DNA of 64,000 nucleotides from Macrostomum lignano (lineage: Eukaryota). Both the position numbers and the translations under genes were made by a program. The notes under the pieces are model-generated. The model searched no databases. It was not told the DNA's origin and saw only the letters and a program-made list of their open reading frames with translations. The number at the start of each line of letters is the position of its first letter. The first letter of the stretch is position 1. Positions 43,401-57,000 of this stretch are shown here, in pieces. The DNA lies in NCBI GenBank assembly GCA_002269645.1, contig NIVC01000215.1, positions 186,001-250,000 of the forward strand, given 5' to 3'.

Positions 43401-44558
43401 AGAGCCACCATGTCTAACATTTAAGAGCCATCATGTCAAACATTAAAGAGCTACTTTGTCTAACATTAAAGAGCCACCATGTCAAACATTAAAGAGCCAC
43501 CATGTCAAACATTAAAGAGCCACCATGTCAAACATAAAAGAGCCAACTTTTTGAACATTAAAGAGCCACCATGTCAAACATAATAGAGCCACCATGTCAA
43601 ACATAATAGAGCCACCATGTCAAACATTAAAAAGCCACTTTGTCAAACATAGAAGAGCTCCCATGTCAAACATAGAAGAGCCCCATGTCAAACATAGAAG
43701 AGCCCCATGTCAAACATAGAAGAGCCACCATGTCAGACATTGAAAAGCCACCGTATCAAACATAAAAGAGTTACCATGTACGAGCGTAGAACAAAAAAGA
43801 GCCACAATGTATAACATAAAAGAGCCACAATGTAGAACATAAAAGAGCCACCCTGTTAAACATAAAAGATACACAATTTCAAACGTAAAAGTAAGCGAAT
43901 TTTAAAGGAGCCGCTATAATGCTAAGGAAATTGTCGCACTAGCTACTTATTGTCTGGTGGATGCTTACTATTTGGGGATGCTATCTATCTTGGGGATGCT
44001 TGCTATCTTGGGGATGCTTGCTATTTGGGGGATGCTTGCTATCTGGGGATGCTTGCTATCTGGGGGATGCTTGCTATCTGGGGATGCTTGCTATCTGAGG
44101 GATGCTTGCTATCTGGGGATGCTTGCTATCTGGGGGATGCTTGCTATCTGAGGGATGCTTGCTATCTGGGGATGCTTGCTCTCTGGGGGATGCTTGCTAT
44201 CCGGGGGATGCTTGCTATCTGGGGGATGCTTGAAATCTGGGGGATGCTTGCTATCTGAGGGATGCTTGCTATCTGGGGGATGCTTGCTATCTGGGGGACG
44301 CTTGCTATCTGGGGATGCTTGCTATCTTGGGGATGCTTGCTATCTGGGGATGCTTGCTATCTTGGGGATGCTTGCTATCTGGGGGATGCTTGCTATCTGG
44401 GGGATGCTTGCGGTCTTGGGATGATTTCTTTTTGCAATGCACTTCATTTGAGCAGTTTGTCTGTTGTCTTTTTGAAGGATTTTTGGCTGTTTTTTTGTTA
44501 CTTGTAGAGAACAGAGATTCTATCCAGATGTCCCCCATCGGGGGGCGAAGATTACTAG
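40419..44558 (+). mobile_element. Non-autonomous Helitron, copy 1
   Basis: A|TCCTATATACTAAAAATGAG start; 3' CCCCCATCGGGGGG hairpin ~11 nt before CTAG (44555-44558). Contains a 23-bp array (~41015-43880) and a 17-18-bp array (~43973-44420). Confidence 0.9.
40890..40957 (+). promoter_or_regulatory. tRNA-Ser(GCT)-like Pol III cassette inside Helitron (also ~45023-45090, ~48330-48397, ~53943-54010)
   Basis: TGGACTGCTAAT (Ser-GCT anticodon arm) followed by B box GGTTCGAATC; copy 4 keeps an A-box-like TAGCCTAGAGG. Degenerate, so not called a functional tRNA. Confidence 0.65.
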
Positions 44559-47500
44559 TCCCATATACTAAAAATGAGTTGTCTGTGGGTATGCGATTGA
44601 TTTCAGAAAAATTGGCTCAACCGATTTTCTTCAAACTTGCACCATTCGATCAGAAATTTTCCTGGGACGGTACATGCATCTTGGCTAAGAAATTGCTCAA
44701 TGTTAAAGGGATTAAATATTCGAAAAACATGCTTTTTAGCAAAGGTCAAGCAGCTCTTTCGACCTGAAATCATTGTAAGAATGCTACAAAAAACTGAATG
44801 GCTAAATTCCGATTGTGAAAAAGATTGCATCACAAAAAGTTGAAAACAGTGCCGAAGAAATGCAGACACGACTTGATTTAAATTGCGTAACCAATATTGC
44901 TAACTTAAATTGACACTGATACTGGCTGACTGAGAAATTGATTATGTCATAACTTTTTACTCTAACTGACTTGCTATAAGAATTTAATTATAAGGGCCAC
45001 AATTCATGTTCTCCAATTGACAAGAGATAGCATAGATGCGAACAGACTGGACTGCTAATGCAGCGACCTGGGTTCGAATCTTAGTAGTGCAAAAATATTT
45101 TTTTATTCAAAAACCTTAAAAACACAAAATGCTAAACACAAAAAAGCACAATTTCAAATATTAAAGAGCCACCATGTCGAACATATATGTGACTCCATGT
45201 GGAACATAAAAGGACCACCATGCCAAACATAAAAGAACCATCATGTCAAACATATACGTGACTCCATGTCGAACATTAAACAGCCACCATGTCGAACATT
45301 AAAGAGCCACAATGCCTAACATAAAAGACCCACCATGTCAAAAATATACGTGACTCCATGTAGAACATTAAAGAGCCACCATGTCGAACATTAAAGAGCC
45401 ACCATGTCGAACATTAAAGAGCCACAATGCCTAACATAAAAGACCCACCATGTCAAACATATACGTGACTCCAAGTCAAACATTAAAGCGCCACCATTTC
45501 AAACATATATGTGACTCCATGTCAGGCATAAAGGAGCCACCATGTCAAACATTAAAGGGCCACCATGTCGAACATAAATGCGCCACCATGTCAAACATAC
45601 ACGTGACTCCATGTAAAAAAATTAAAGAGCCACCATGCTAAACATACACGTGACTCCATGTAAAAAAATTAAAGAGCCACCATGCCAAACATACACGTGA
45701 CTCCATGTCAAACATTAAAGAGCCACCATGTCGAACATATATGTGACTCCATGTCGAACATTGAAGAGCCATCATGTCTAACATTAAAGAGCCACCATGT
45801 CTAACATTAAAAAGCCACCATGTCAAATATTAAAGAGCCACCATTTCAAACCTAAAAGAGCCACCATTTCGAAAGTTAAAGAGCCACCATGTCAAACATT
45901 AAACAGCCACCATGTCGAACATACAAGAGCCACCTTGTCAAACATAAAAGAGCCACCATATCGAAAATAAAACAGCCACGATGAAGAACATTAAAGAGCC
46001 ACCATGTCGAACATAAAAAAGCCACCATGTCCAACAGTAAAGAGCCACCTTGTCAAATATTAAAGAGCCACCATTTCAAACCTAAAAGAGCCACCATGTC
46101 GAACATACAAGAGCCACCTTATCAAACATTAAAGAGCCACCATGTCGAACATAAAAGAGCCACCATTTCAAACCTAAAAGAGCCACCATTTTGAACATAC
46201 AAGAGCCACCTTATCAAACATAAAAAAGCCACCATGTCAAACATAAAAGAGCCACCATGAAAAACATTAAAGAGCCACTATGTCGAACATTAAAAAGCCA
46301 CCATGTCGAACATAAAAGAGCCACCATGTAGAACATAAAAGAGCCACCATGTCAAACATAAAAAGCCACCATGTCAAACATAAAAGAGCCACCATGTCAA
46401 ACATAAAAGAGCCACTGTGTCAAACATAGAAGAGCCACCATGTCAAACATATATGTGACTCCATGTCAAACAGTAAAAAACCACCATGTCAAGCATAAAA
46501 GAGCCACCATGTCAAACATAAAAGAACCTCCATGCGAACATAAAAGAGCCACCATGTCAAACATATATGTGACTCCATGTCAAACAGTAAAAAACCGCCA
46601 TGTCAAGCATAAAAGAGCCACCATGTCGAACATAAAAGAACCTCCATGCGAACATAAAAGAGCCACCATGTCAAACATTAAAGAGCCACAATGTCAAACA
46701 TTAAAGAGCCACCATGTCGAAAAATAAAGAGCCACCATGTCGAACATTAAAGAGCCACCATGTCTAACATTAAAGAGCCACCATGTCGAACATTAAAGAG
46801 CCACCATGTCAAACATAAAAGAGCCACTATGTCAAACATTAAAGAGACACTATGTCAGACATTAAAGAGCCACCATGTCGAACATTAAAGAGCCACCATG
46901 TCAAACATAAAAGAGCCACTATGTCAAACATTAAAGAGACACCATGTCAGACATTAAAAAACCCCGAATCAAATATAGATGGGATATAAGTGAAATGGTT
47001 GCACTAGCTACTTATTGTCTGGTAGATGCTTACTATTTGGGGATGCTTGCTATCTGGGGGATGCTTGCTATCTGAGAGGGGGATGCTTCCTATCTGGGGA
47101 TGCTTGTTATCTGGGGTGCTTGCTATTTGGGGGATGCTTGCTATCTGGGGGATGCTTGCTATCTGGGGAATATTAAAGAGCCACTATGTCAAACATAAAA
47201 GAGCCACCATGCCAAACATTAAACAGCCACCATGTCAAACATTAAAGAGCCACCATGTCAAACATTAAAGAGCCACCATTTGGGGGATGCTTGAATGGGG
47301 GGATTTGGGGGATGCTTTTTTGTTTCGAACATAAAAGAGCCCCCATGTAAACATTAAAGAGCCACCATGTCAAACATAAAAGATACACAATTTCAAACGT
47401 AAAAGTAAGCGTCATGCCAATTTTAAAGGAGCCACTATAGAACTAAGGATGCTTGCTATCTAGGGGATGCTTGCTATTTGGGAGATGCTTGCTATCTGGG

Positions 47501-50500
47501 GGATGCTTGCTATCTAGGGGATGCTTGCTATTTGGGGGATGCTTGCTATCTGGGGGATGCTTGCTATCTGGGGGATGCTTGCTATCTGGGGGATGCTTGC
47601 TATCTGGGGATGCTTGCTATCTGGGGGATGCTTGCTATCTGGGGGATGCTTGCTATCTGGTGGATGCTTGCATTCTGGGGGATGCTTGCTGTCTTGGGAT
47701 GATTTCTTTTTGCATTACACTTTATTTGAGCAGTTTTTCTGTTGTCTTAGTGAAGGCTTTTTTTGGCTGTCTTTTTGTTACTTGTAGAGAACAGAGATTC
47801 TATCCAGATGTCCCCCAACGGGGGGCGAAGATTGCTAGTCCTATATACTAAAAATGAGTTGTCTGTATGTGGGTAGGTATGCGATAGATTTCAGAAAAAA
47901 TGGCTCAACCGATTTTCTTCAAACTTGCACCATTCGATCAGAAATTTTCCTGGGACGGTACATGCATCTTGGCTAAGAAATTTCTCAATTTTAAAGGATT
48001 AAATATTCGAAAAACATGCTTTTTTGCAAAGGTCAAGCAGCTCTTTCGACCTGAAATGCATTGTAAGAATGCTAGAGAAAAAACTGACTGGCTGAATTCC
48101 GATTGTGATAAAGATTGCATCACAAGTTGAAAACAGTGCCCAAGAAATGCACACACGACTTGATTTAAATTGCGTAACCATATTGCTAACTTAAATTGAG
48201 ACTGATACTGGCTAAATGAGAAATAGATATCTGACTTACTTTTTACTCCAAAGTATGTCTGAAGAAACTTTTTACTCCAATTGACTTGCTGTAAGAATTG
48301 AATTATAAGGGCCACAATTCCACAAGAAAAGAGATAGCCCTGATGCGAACATACTGGAATGCTAATGTAGCGACCTGGCTTCGAATCTTAGTAGTGCAAA
48401 AAGATTTTTTTATTAAAACACCTTAAAAACACAACAAAACTGCTAAACATCAAAGAAGCGCAATGTCAAACATAGAAGAGCCAACATATCGAACATAAAA
48501 GAGTTACCATGTCAAACATAAAAACCCACCATGTCAAACATAAAAGAGCCACCATGTCAAGCATAGAAGAGCCACCATGTCTAACATAAAAGAACCACCA
48601 TGTCGAACATAAAAGAGCCACCATGTCAAACATTAAAGAGCCACCATGTCTAACAGTAAAGAGCCACCATGTCTAACATTAAAGAGCCACCATGTCGAAC
48701 ATTTAAGAGCCACCACGTCTAACATTAAAGAGCCACCATGTCGAACATTAAAGAGCCACCATGTCAAACATAAAAGAGCCACCATGTCAAACATAAAAGA
48801 GCCACCATGTCAAACATATATGTGACTCCATGTCAAACAGTAAAGAGCCACCATGTCAAGCATAAAAGAGCCACCATGTCTAACATAAAAGAGCCACCAT
48901 GTCAAACATTAAAGAGCCACCATGTCGAACATTAAAGAGCCTCCATGTCCAACATAGAAAAGCCACCATGTCGAACATTAAAGAGCCACCATGTCTAACA
49001 TTATACTGTAGAGCCACCATGTCGAACATTAACGAGTCACCATGTCAAGTATATTCGTGACTCCATGTCAAACATAAAAGAGCTACCATGAAGAACATTA
49101 AAGAGCCACCACGTAAAACATTAAAGAGCTATTATGTCAAACATAAAAGAGCCACCATGTCAAACATAAAAGAGCCACCATGTCAAACATTATAGAGCCA
49201 CCATGTCGAACATTAAAGAGCCACCATTTCAAACATTAAAGAGCCATCATTACATTAAGGTGCCACCAGGTCAAACATTAAAGAGCCACCATGTCTAACA
49301 TTGAAGAGCCACCATGTCAAACATAAAAGAGCCACCATGTCAAACATAAAACAGCCACCATGTCAAACATTAAAGAGCCACCATGTCTAACATTATAGAG
49401 CCACCATGTCTAACATTGAAGAGCCACCATTTCAAACATTAAAGAGCCATCATTACATTAAGGTGCCACCAGGTCAAACATTAAAGAGCCACCATGTCTA
49501 ACATTGAAGAGCCACCATGTCGAACATTAAAGAGCCACCATTTCAAACATTAAAGAGCCATCATTACATTAAGGTGCCACCATGTCTAACATAAAAGAGC
49601 CACCATGTCAAACATTAAAGAGCCACCATATCAAACATTAAAGAGCCACCATGTCAAACATTAAAGAGCCACCATATCAAACATTAAAGAGCCACCATGT
49701 CAAACTTAAAACAGCCACCATGTCAAACATAAAAGAGCCACTATGTCAAACATATATGTGACTCCATGTCAAACAGTAAAGAGCCACCATGTCAAGCATA
49801 AAAGAGCCACCATGTCTAACATAAAAGAGCCACCATGTCGAACATAAAAGAGCCACCATGTCAAACATTAAAGAGCCGCACTGTCAAACATTAAAGAGCC
49901 ATCATGTCTAACATTAAAGAGCCACCATGTCTAACATTAAAGAGCCACCATGTCAAACATAAAAGAGCCACCATGTCTAACATAAAAGAGCCACCATGTC
50001 AAAAATATATGTGACTCCATGTCAAACATTAAAGAGCCACCATGTCTAACATAAAAGAGCCACCATGTCAAACATTAAAGAGCCACCATATCAAACATTA
50101 AAGAGCCACCATGTCAAACATAAAAACCCACCATGTCAAACATAAAAGAGCCACCATGTCAAGCATAGAAGAGCCACCATGTCTAACATAAAAGAACCAC
50201 CATGTCTAACAGTAAAGAGCCACCATGTCTAACATTAAAGAGCCACCATGTCGAACATTTAAGAGCCACCATGTCAAACAGTAAAGAGCCACCATGTCTA
50301 ACATAAAAGAGCCACCATGTCAAACATTAAAGAGCCACCATGTAGAACATTAAAGAGCCACCATGTCCAACATAAAAGAGCCACCATGTCTAACATTATA
50401 GAGCCACCATGTCGAACATTAACGAGTCACCATGTCAAGTATATTCGTGACTCCATGTCAAACATAGAAGAGCTACCATGTCTAACATTATAGAGCCACC

Positions 50501-53070
50501 ATGTCGAACATTAACGAGTCACCATGTCAAGTATATTCGTGACTCCATGTCAAACATAAAAGAGCTACCATGAAGAACATTAAAGAGCCACCACGTAAAA
50601 CATTAAAGAGCCATTATGTCAAACATAAAAGAGCCACCATGTCAAACATAAAAGAGCCACCATGTCAAACATTAAAGAGCCACCATATCAAACATTAAAG
50701 AGCCACCATGTCAAACTTAAAACAGCCACCATGTCAAACATAAAAGAGCCACTATGTCAAACATATATGTGACTCCATGTCAAACAGTAAAGAGCCACCA
50801 TGTCTAACATAAAAGAACCACCATGTCGAACATAAAAGAGCCACCATGTCAAACATTAAAGAGCCGCACTGTCAAACATTAAAGAGCCACCATGTCTAAC
50901 ATTAAAGAGCCACCATGTCTAACATTAAAGAGCCACCATGTCAAACATTAAAGAGCCACCATGTCTAACATAAAACCCACCATGTCAAACATAAAAGAGC
51001 CACCATGTCAAGCATAGAAGAGCCACCATGTCTAACATAAAAGAACCACCATGTCGAACATAAAAGAGCCACCATGTCAAACATTAAAGAGCCACCATGT
51101 CTAACAGTAAAGAGCCACCATGTCTAACATTAAAGAGCCACCATGTCGAACATTTAGGAGCCACCATGTCTAACATTAAAGAGCCACCATGTCTAACATT
51201 AAAGAGCCACCATGTCAAACATAAAAGAGCCACCATGTCAAACATAAAAGAGCCACCATGTCAAACATATATGTGACTCCATGTCAAACAGTAAAGAGCC
51301 ACCATGTCTAACATAAAAGAGCCACCATGTCAAACATTAAAGAGCCACCATGTCGAACATTAAAGAGCCACCATGTCGAACATAAAAGAGCCACCATGTC
51401 AAACATTATAGAGCCACCATGTCGAACATTAACGAGTCACCATGTCAAGTATATTCGTGACTCCATGTCAAACATAGAAGAGCTACCATGTCTAACATTA
51501 TAGAGCCACCATGTCGAACATTAACGAGTCACCATGTCAAGTATATTCGTGACTCCATGTCAAACATAAAAGAACTACCATGAAGAACATTAAAGAGCCA
51601 CCACGTAAAACATTAAAGAGCCATTATGTCAAACATAAAAGAGCCACCATGTCAAACATAAAAGAGCCACCATGTCAAACATTATAGAGCCACCATGTCG
51701 AACATTAAAGAGCCACCATGTCGAACATTAAAGAGCCACCATGTCTTTTAACATTAAAAAGCCACCATGTCAAAAATTAAAGAGCCACCAAGTCTAACAT
51801 TAAAGAGCCACCATGTCTAACATTGAAGAGCCACCAGTAAAAAATATAGAGCCACAATGTCTAACATTAAAGAGCCACCATGTCGAACATTAAAGAGCCA
51901 CCATGTCTAACATTATAGAGCCACCATGTCGAACATTAAAGAGCCACCATTTCAAACATTAAAGAGCCATCATTACATTAAGGTGCCACCAGGTCAAACA
52001 TTAAAGAGCCACTATGTCTAACATTGAAGAGCCACCATGTCAAACATAAAAGAGCCACCATGTCAAACATAAAACAGCCACCATGTCAAACATTAAAGAG
52101 CCACCATGTCTAACATTATAGAGCCACCATGTCGAACTTAAAACAGCCACCATGTCAAACATAAAAGAGCCACTATGTCAAACATATATGTGACTCCATG
52201 TCAAACAGTAAAGAGCCACCATGTCAAGCATAAAAGAGACTCCATGTCAAACATAAAAGAGCCACCATGTCGAACATAAAAGAGCCACCATGTCAAACAT
52301 TAAAGAGCCGCACTGTCAAACATTAAAGAGCCATCATGTCTAACATTAAAGAGCCACCATGTCTAACATTAAAGAGCCACCATGTCGAACATAAAAGAGC
52401 CACCATGTCTAACATAAAAGAGCCACCATGTCAAAAATATATGTGACTCCATGTCAAACATTAAAGAGCCACCATGTCTAACATAAAAGAGCCACCATGT
52501 CAAACATTAAAGAGCCCCCATATCAAACATTAAAGAGCCACCATGTCAAACATAAAAACCCACCATGTCAAACATTAAAGAGCCACCATATCAAACATTA
52601 AAGAGCCACCATGTCCGACATAAAAGAGCCACCATGTCTAACATTATAGAGCCACCATGTCAAACATAAAAGAGCCACCATGTCGAACATTAACGAGTCA
52701 CCATGTCAAGTATATTCGTGACTCCATGTCAAACATAGAAGAGCTACCATGTCGAACATTAAAGAGCCACCATGTCAAACATATATGTGACTCCATGTCA
52801 AACAGTAAAGAGCCACCATGAAAAGCATAAAAGAGCCACCATGTCGAATATAAAAGAACCACCATGTCAAACATTAAAGAGCCACCATGTCGAACATTAA
52901 AGGGCCACCATGTCAAACATAAAAGAGCCACTATGTCAAACAATAAAGAGACACCATGTCAGACATTAAAAAACCCCGAATCAAACATAAGAGAGCCACC
53001 ATGTAGAACATAAAAGAGCTACCATGTCAAACATTAAAGAGCCACCATGTCAAACATAAAATTTACACAA
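41015..53070 (+). repeat. 23-bp satellite AAAGAGCCACCATGTCAAACATT in Helitron copies 1-3
   Basis: Arrays at ~41015-43880, ~45150-46960 and ~48460-53070; period 23 measured at 41053/41076; variant unit ATATACATGACTCCATGTC interspersed. Confidence 0.95.
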
Positions 53071-53317
53071 TTTCAAACGTAAACGTAAGCGTCATGCCAA
53101 TTTTAAAGGAGCCACTATAGAGCTAAGGAAATTGTAGCACTAGCTACTTATTGTATGGTGGATGCTTACTATTTGGGGATGCTTGCTATCTGGGGGATGC
53201 TTGCTATCTGGGCGATGCTTGCAATCTGGGGATGCTTGCTATCTGGGGGATGCTTGCTGTCTGGGGGATGCTTGCAATCTGGGGGATGCTTGCTATCTGG
53301 GGGATGCTTGCTGTCTT
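43973..53317 (+). repeat. 17-18-bp G-rich minisatellite GGGGGATGCTTGCTATCT near the 3' ends of Helitron copies 1-3
   Basis: Blocks at ~43973-44420, ~47035-47170, ~47449-47697 and ~53160-53317. Confidence 0.95.
44559..47838 (+). mobile_element. Non-autonomous Helitron, copy 2
   Basis: TCCCATATACTAAAAATGAG directly follows the CTAG of copy 1; ends CCCCCAACGGGGGGCGAAGATTGCTAG. Confidence 0.9.
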
Positions 53318-53459
53318 GGGATGATTTCTTTTTGCATTACACTTTATTTGAGCAGTTTGTCTGTCGTCTTTGTGAAGGCTTTTTTGGCTGTCTTTTTGTT
53401 ACTTGTAGAGAACAGAGATTCTATACAGATGTCCCCCAACGGGGGGCGAAGATTGCTAG
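47839..53459 (+). mobile_element. Non-autonomous Helitron, copy 3
   Basis: TCCTATATACTAAAAATGAG start at 47839; same hairpin and CTAG at 53456-53459; 23-bp array ~48460-53070. Confidence 0.9.
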
Positions 53460-54071
53460 TCCTATATACTAAAAATGTGATGTCTATATATATGTGATAG
53501 ATTAGAGAAAAAATGGCTGGACCGATTTTGTTCGAACTTGCACTGTTCGATCAGAAATTTTCCCGTGACTGTACATGCATCGTGGCTAAGAAATTGCTCG
53601 ATGCTAAAGGCATTAAATATTCGAAAAACATGCTTTTTTGCAAAGGTCAAGCAAACTTTTTGACTTGAAATGCATTGTAAGAATGCTAGAGAAAAAACTG
53701 ACTGGTTGAATTCTGATTCTGAAATAGATTGCATCATAACTGAATTGTAACTCCGACTTGAATTGAAAATGCAGTGTGGAAGCGTAGCACCAGACTTGAT
53801 TTAAATTGCGTAACCATATTGTTAACTGATACTGACTGACTGAGAAACTGATTATGTCATAACTGCTTCGTGTGATTTACTCTATGCTTGGATTTAAAAG
53901 TGTTGAATTATATAAGTGCAAAATTTGATGTTATCAAAACGATGAGAGCTAGCCTAGAGGTGAACAAACTGAACTGCTAAATGCAGCGACGATGGTTCGA
54001 ATTTTCATAGAGTATAATTTTTTTAATTAAAGCTTTTCAACGTCAGGAAAACTAAAAGACTTTTTAAAAAG

Positions 54072-57000
54072 GAGCGTCATGTAAAAATCATAGAAGCGTC
54101 ATGTAAAAAATATTAGAAGCGTCATGTAAACAATCATAGAAGCGCCATGTAAAAAATCGTAGAAGCGTTATATAAAAATCATAGAAGCGTCATGTAAAAA
54201 TCATAGAAGCGTAATGTAAACAATCATAGAAGCGTCATGTAAACAATCATAGAAGCGTCATTTAAAAAATCATAGAAGCGTCATGTCACAAATCCTAGAA
54301 GCGTCATGTAAACAATCATAGAAGCGTCATGTAAAAAATCATAGAAGCACCATGTAAAAAATCGTAGAAGCGTCATATAAAAATCATAGAAGCGTCATGT
54401 AAACAATCATAGAAGCGTCATTTTAAAAATCATAGAAGCGTCATGTAAAAATCACAAAAGCGTGATGTAAACAATCATAGAAGCGTCATGTAAAAAATCG
54501 TAGCAGCGTCATGAAAAAATCATAGAAGCGTCATTTAAAAAATCATAGAAGCGTCATGTAAAAATCACAAAAGCGTGATGTAAACAATCTTAGAAGCGTC
54601 ATTTAAAAAATCATAGAAGCGTCATGTAAAAAATCATAGAAGCCTCATTTAAAAATCATAGAAGCGTCATGTAAAAATTCATAGAAGCCTCATTTAAAAA
54701 TCATAGAAGCGTCATGTAAAAATTCATAGAAGCGTCATGTAAACAATCATAGAAGCGTCATGTAAAAAATCATAGAAGCACTATGTAAAAAATCGTAGAA
54801 GCGTCATATAAAAATCATAGAAGCGTCATGTAAACAATCATAGAAGCGTCATGTAAAAAATCATAGAAGCGTCATGTAAAAAATCATAGAAGCACCATGT
54901 AAAAAATCGTAGAAGCGTCATGTAAACAATCATAGAAGCGTCATGTAAACAATCATAGAAGCGTCATTTTAAAAATCATAGAAGCGTCATGTAAAAATCA
55001 CAAAAGCGTGATGTAAACAATCTTAGAAGCGTCATTTAAAAAATCATAGAAGCGTCATGTAAACAATCATAGAAGCGCCATGTAAAAAATCGTAGAAGCG
55101 TTATATAAAAATCATAGAAGCGTCATGTAAAAATCATAGAAGCGTCATGTAAACAATCATAGAAGCGTCATGTAAACAATCATAGAAGCGTCATTTAAAA
55201 AATCATACAAGCGTCATGTAAAAATTCATAGAAGCGTCATGTAAACAATCATAGAAGCGTCATGTCAAAAATCCTAGAAGCGTCATGTAAACAATCATAG
55301 AAGCGTCATGTAAACAATCAAAGAAGCGTCATGTAAACAATCATAGAAGCGTCATGTAAACAATCATAGAAGCGTCATGTAAAAAATCGTAGCAGCGTCA
55401 TGAAAAAATCATAGAAGCGTCATTTAAAAAATCATAGAAGCGTCATGTAAAAATCACAAAAGCGTGATGTAAACAATCTTAGAAGCGTCATTTAAAAAAT
55501 CATAGAAGCGTCATGTAAAAAATCATAGAAGCCTCATTTAAAAATCATAGAAGCGTCATGTAAACAATCATAGAAGCGTCATGTAAAAAATCATAGAAGC
55601 GTCATGTAAAAAATCATAGAAGCACCATGTAAAAAATCGTAGAAGCGTCATATAAAAATCATAGAAGCGTCATGTAAACAATCATAGAAGCGTCATGTAA
55701 AAAATCATAGAAGCGTCATGTAAAAAATCATAGAAGCACCATGTAAAAAATCGTAGAAGCGTCATGTAAACAATCATAGAAGCGTCATGTAAACAATCAT
55801 AGAAGCGTCATTTTAAAAATCATAGAAGCGTCATGTAAAAATCACAAAAGCGTGATGTAAACAATCTTAGAAGCGTCATTTAAAAAATAATAGAAGCGTC
55901 ATGTAAACAATCATAGAAGCGCCATGTAAAAAATCGTAGAAGCGTTATATAAAAATCATAGAAGCGTCATGTAAAAATCATAGAAGCGTCATGTAAACAA
56001 TCATAGAAGCGTCATGTAAACAATCATAGAAGCGTCATGTAAACAATCATAGAAGCGTCATGTAAAAAATCATAGAAGCGTCATTTAAAAAAATTATAGA
56101 AGCGTCATGTAAACAATCATAGAAGCGTCATGTAAACAATCATAGAAGCGTCATGTAAAAATCATAGAAGCGTCATGTAAAAATCACAAAGCGTGATGTA
56201 AACAATCATAGAAGCGTCATTTAAAAAATCATAGAAGCGTCATGTAAAAAATCATAGAAGCCTCATTTAAAAATCATAGAAGCGTCATGTAAAAATTCAT
56301 AGAAGCGTCATGTAAAAATCATAGAAGCGTCATGTAAAAATCATAGAAGCGTCATGTAAAAATCATAGAAGCGTCATGTAAAAATCATAGAAGCGTCATG
56401 TAAAAATCATAGAAGCGTCATGTAAAAATCATAGAAGCGTCATGTAAAAATCATAAAGCGTCATGTAAACAATCATAGAAGCGTCATGTAAAAATCGTAG
56501 CAGCGTCATGTAAAAATCATAGAAGCGTCATTAAAAAATCATAGAAGCGTCATGTAAAAAATCATAGAAGCGCATGTAAAAATCATAGAAGCGTCATGTA
56601 AAAATCATAGAAGCGTCATGTAAAAATCATAGAAGCGTCATGTAAAAATCATAGAAGCGTCATGTAAACAATCATAGAAGCGTCATGTAAAAATCAAGAA
56701 GCGTCATGTAAACAATCATAGAAGCGTCATGTAAACAATCATAGAAGCGTCATGTAAAAATATAGAAGCGTCATTAAAAATCATAGAAGCGTCATGTAAA
56801 CAATCATAGAAGCGCTCATGTAAAAATCGTAGAAGCGTCATATAAAAATCATAGAAGCGTCATGTAAAAATCATAGAAGCGTCATGTAAAAATCATAGAA
56901 GCGTCATATAAAAATCATAGAAGCGTCATGTAAAAATCATAGAAGCGTCATGTAAAAATCATAGAAGCGCATGTAAAAATCGTAGAAGCGTCATGTAAAA

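Noticed and set aside
40479-53737. Recurrent ~60-150-aa ORFs (e.g. FAKKHVFRIFN) in four places
   Set aside because: They are translations of the repeated Helitron 5' body; no Rep/helicase motifs, and starts and stops differ between copies.
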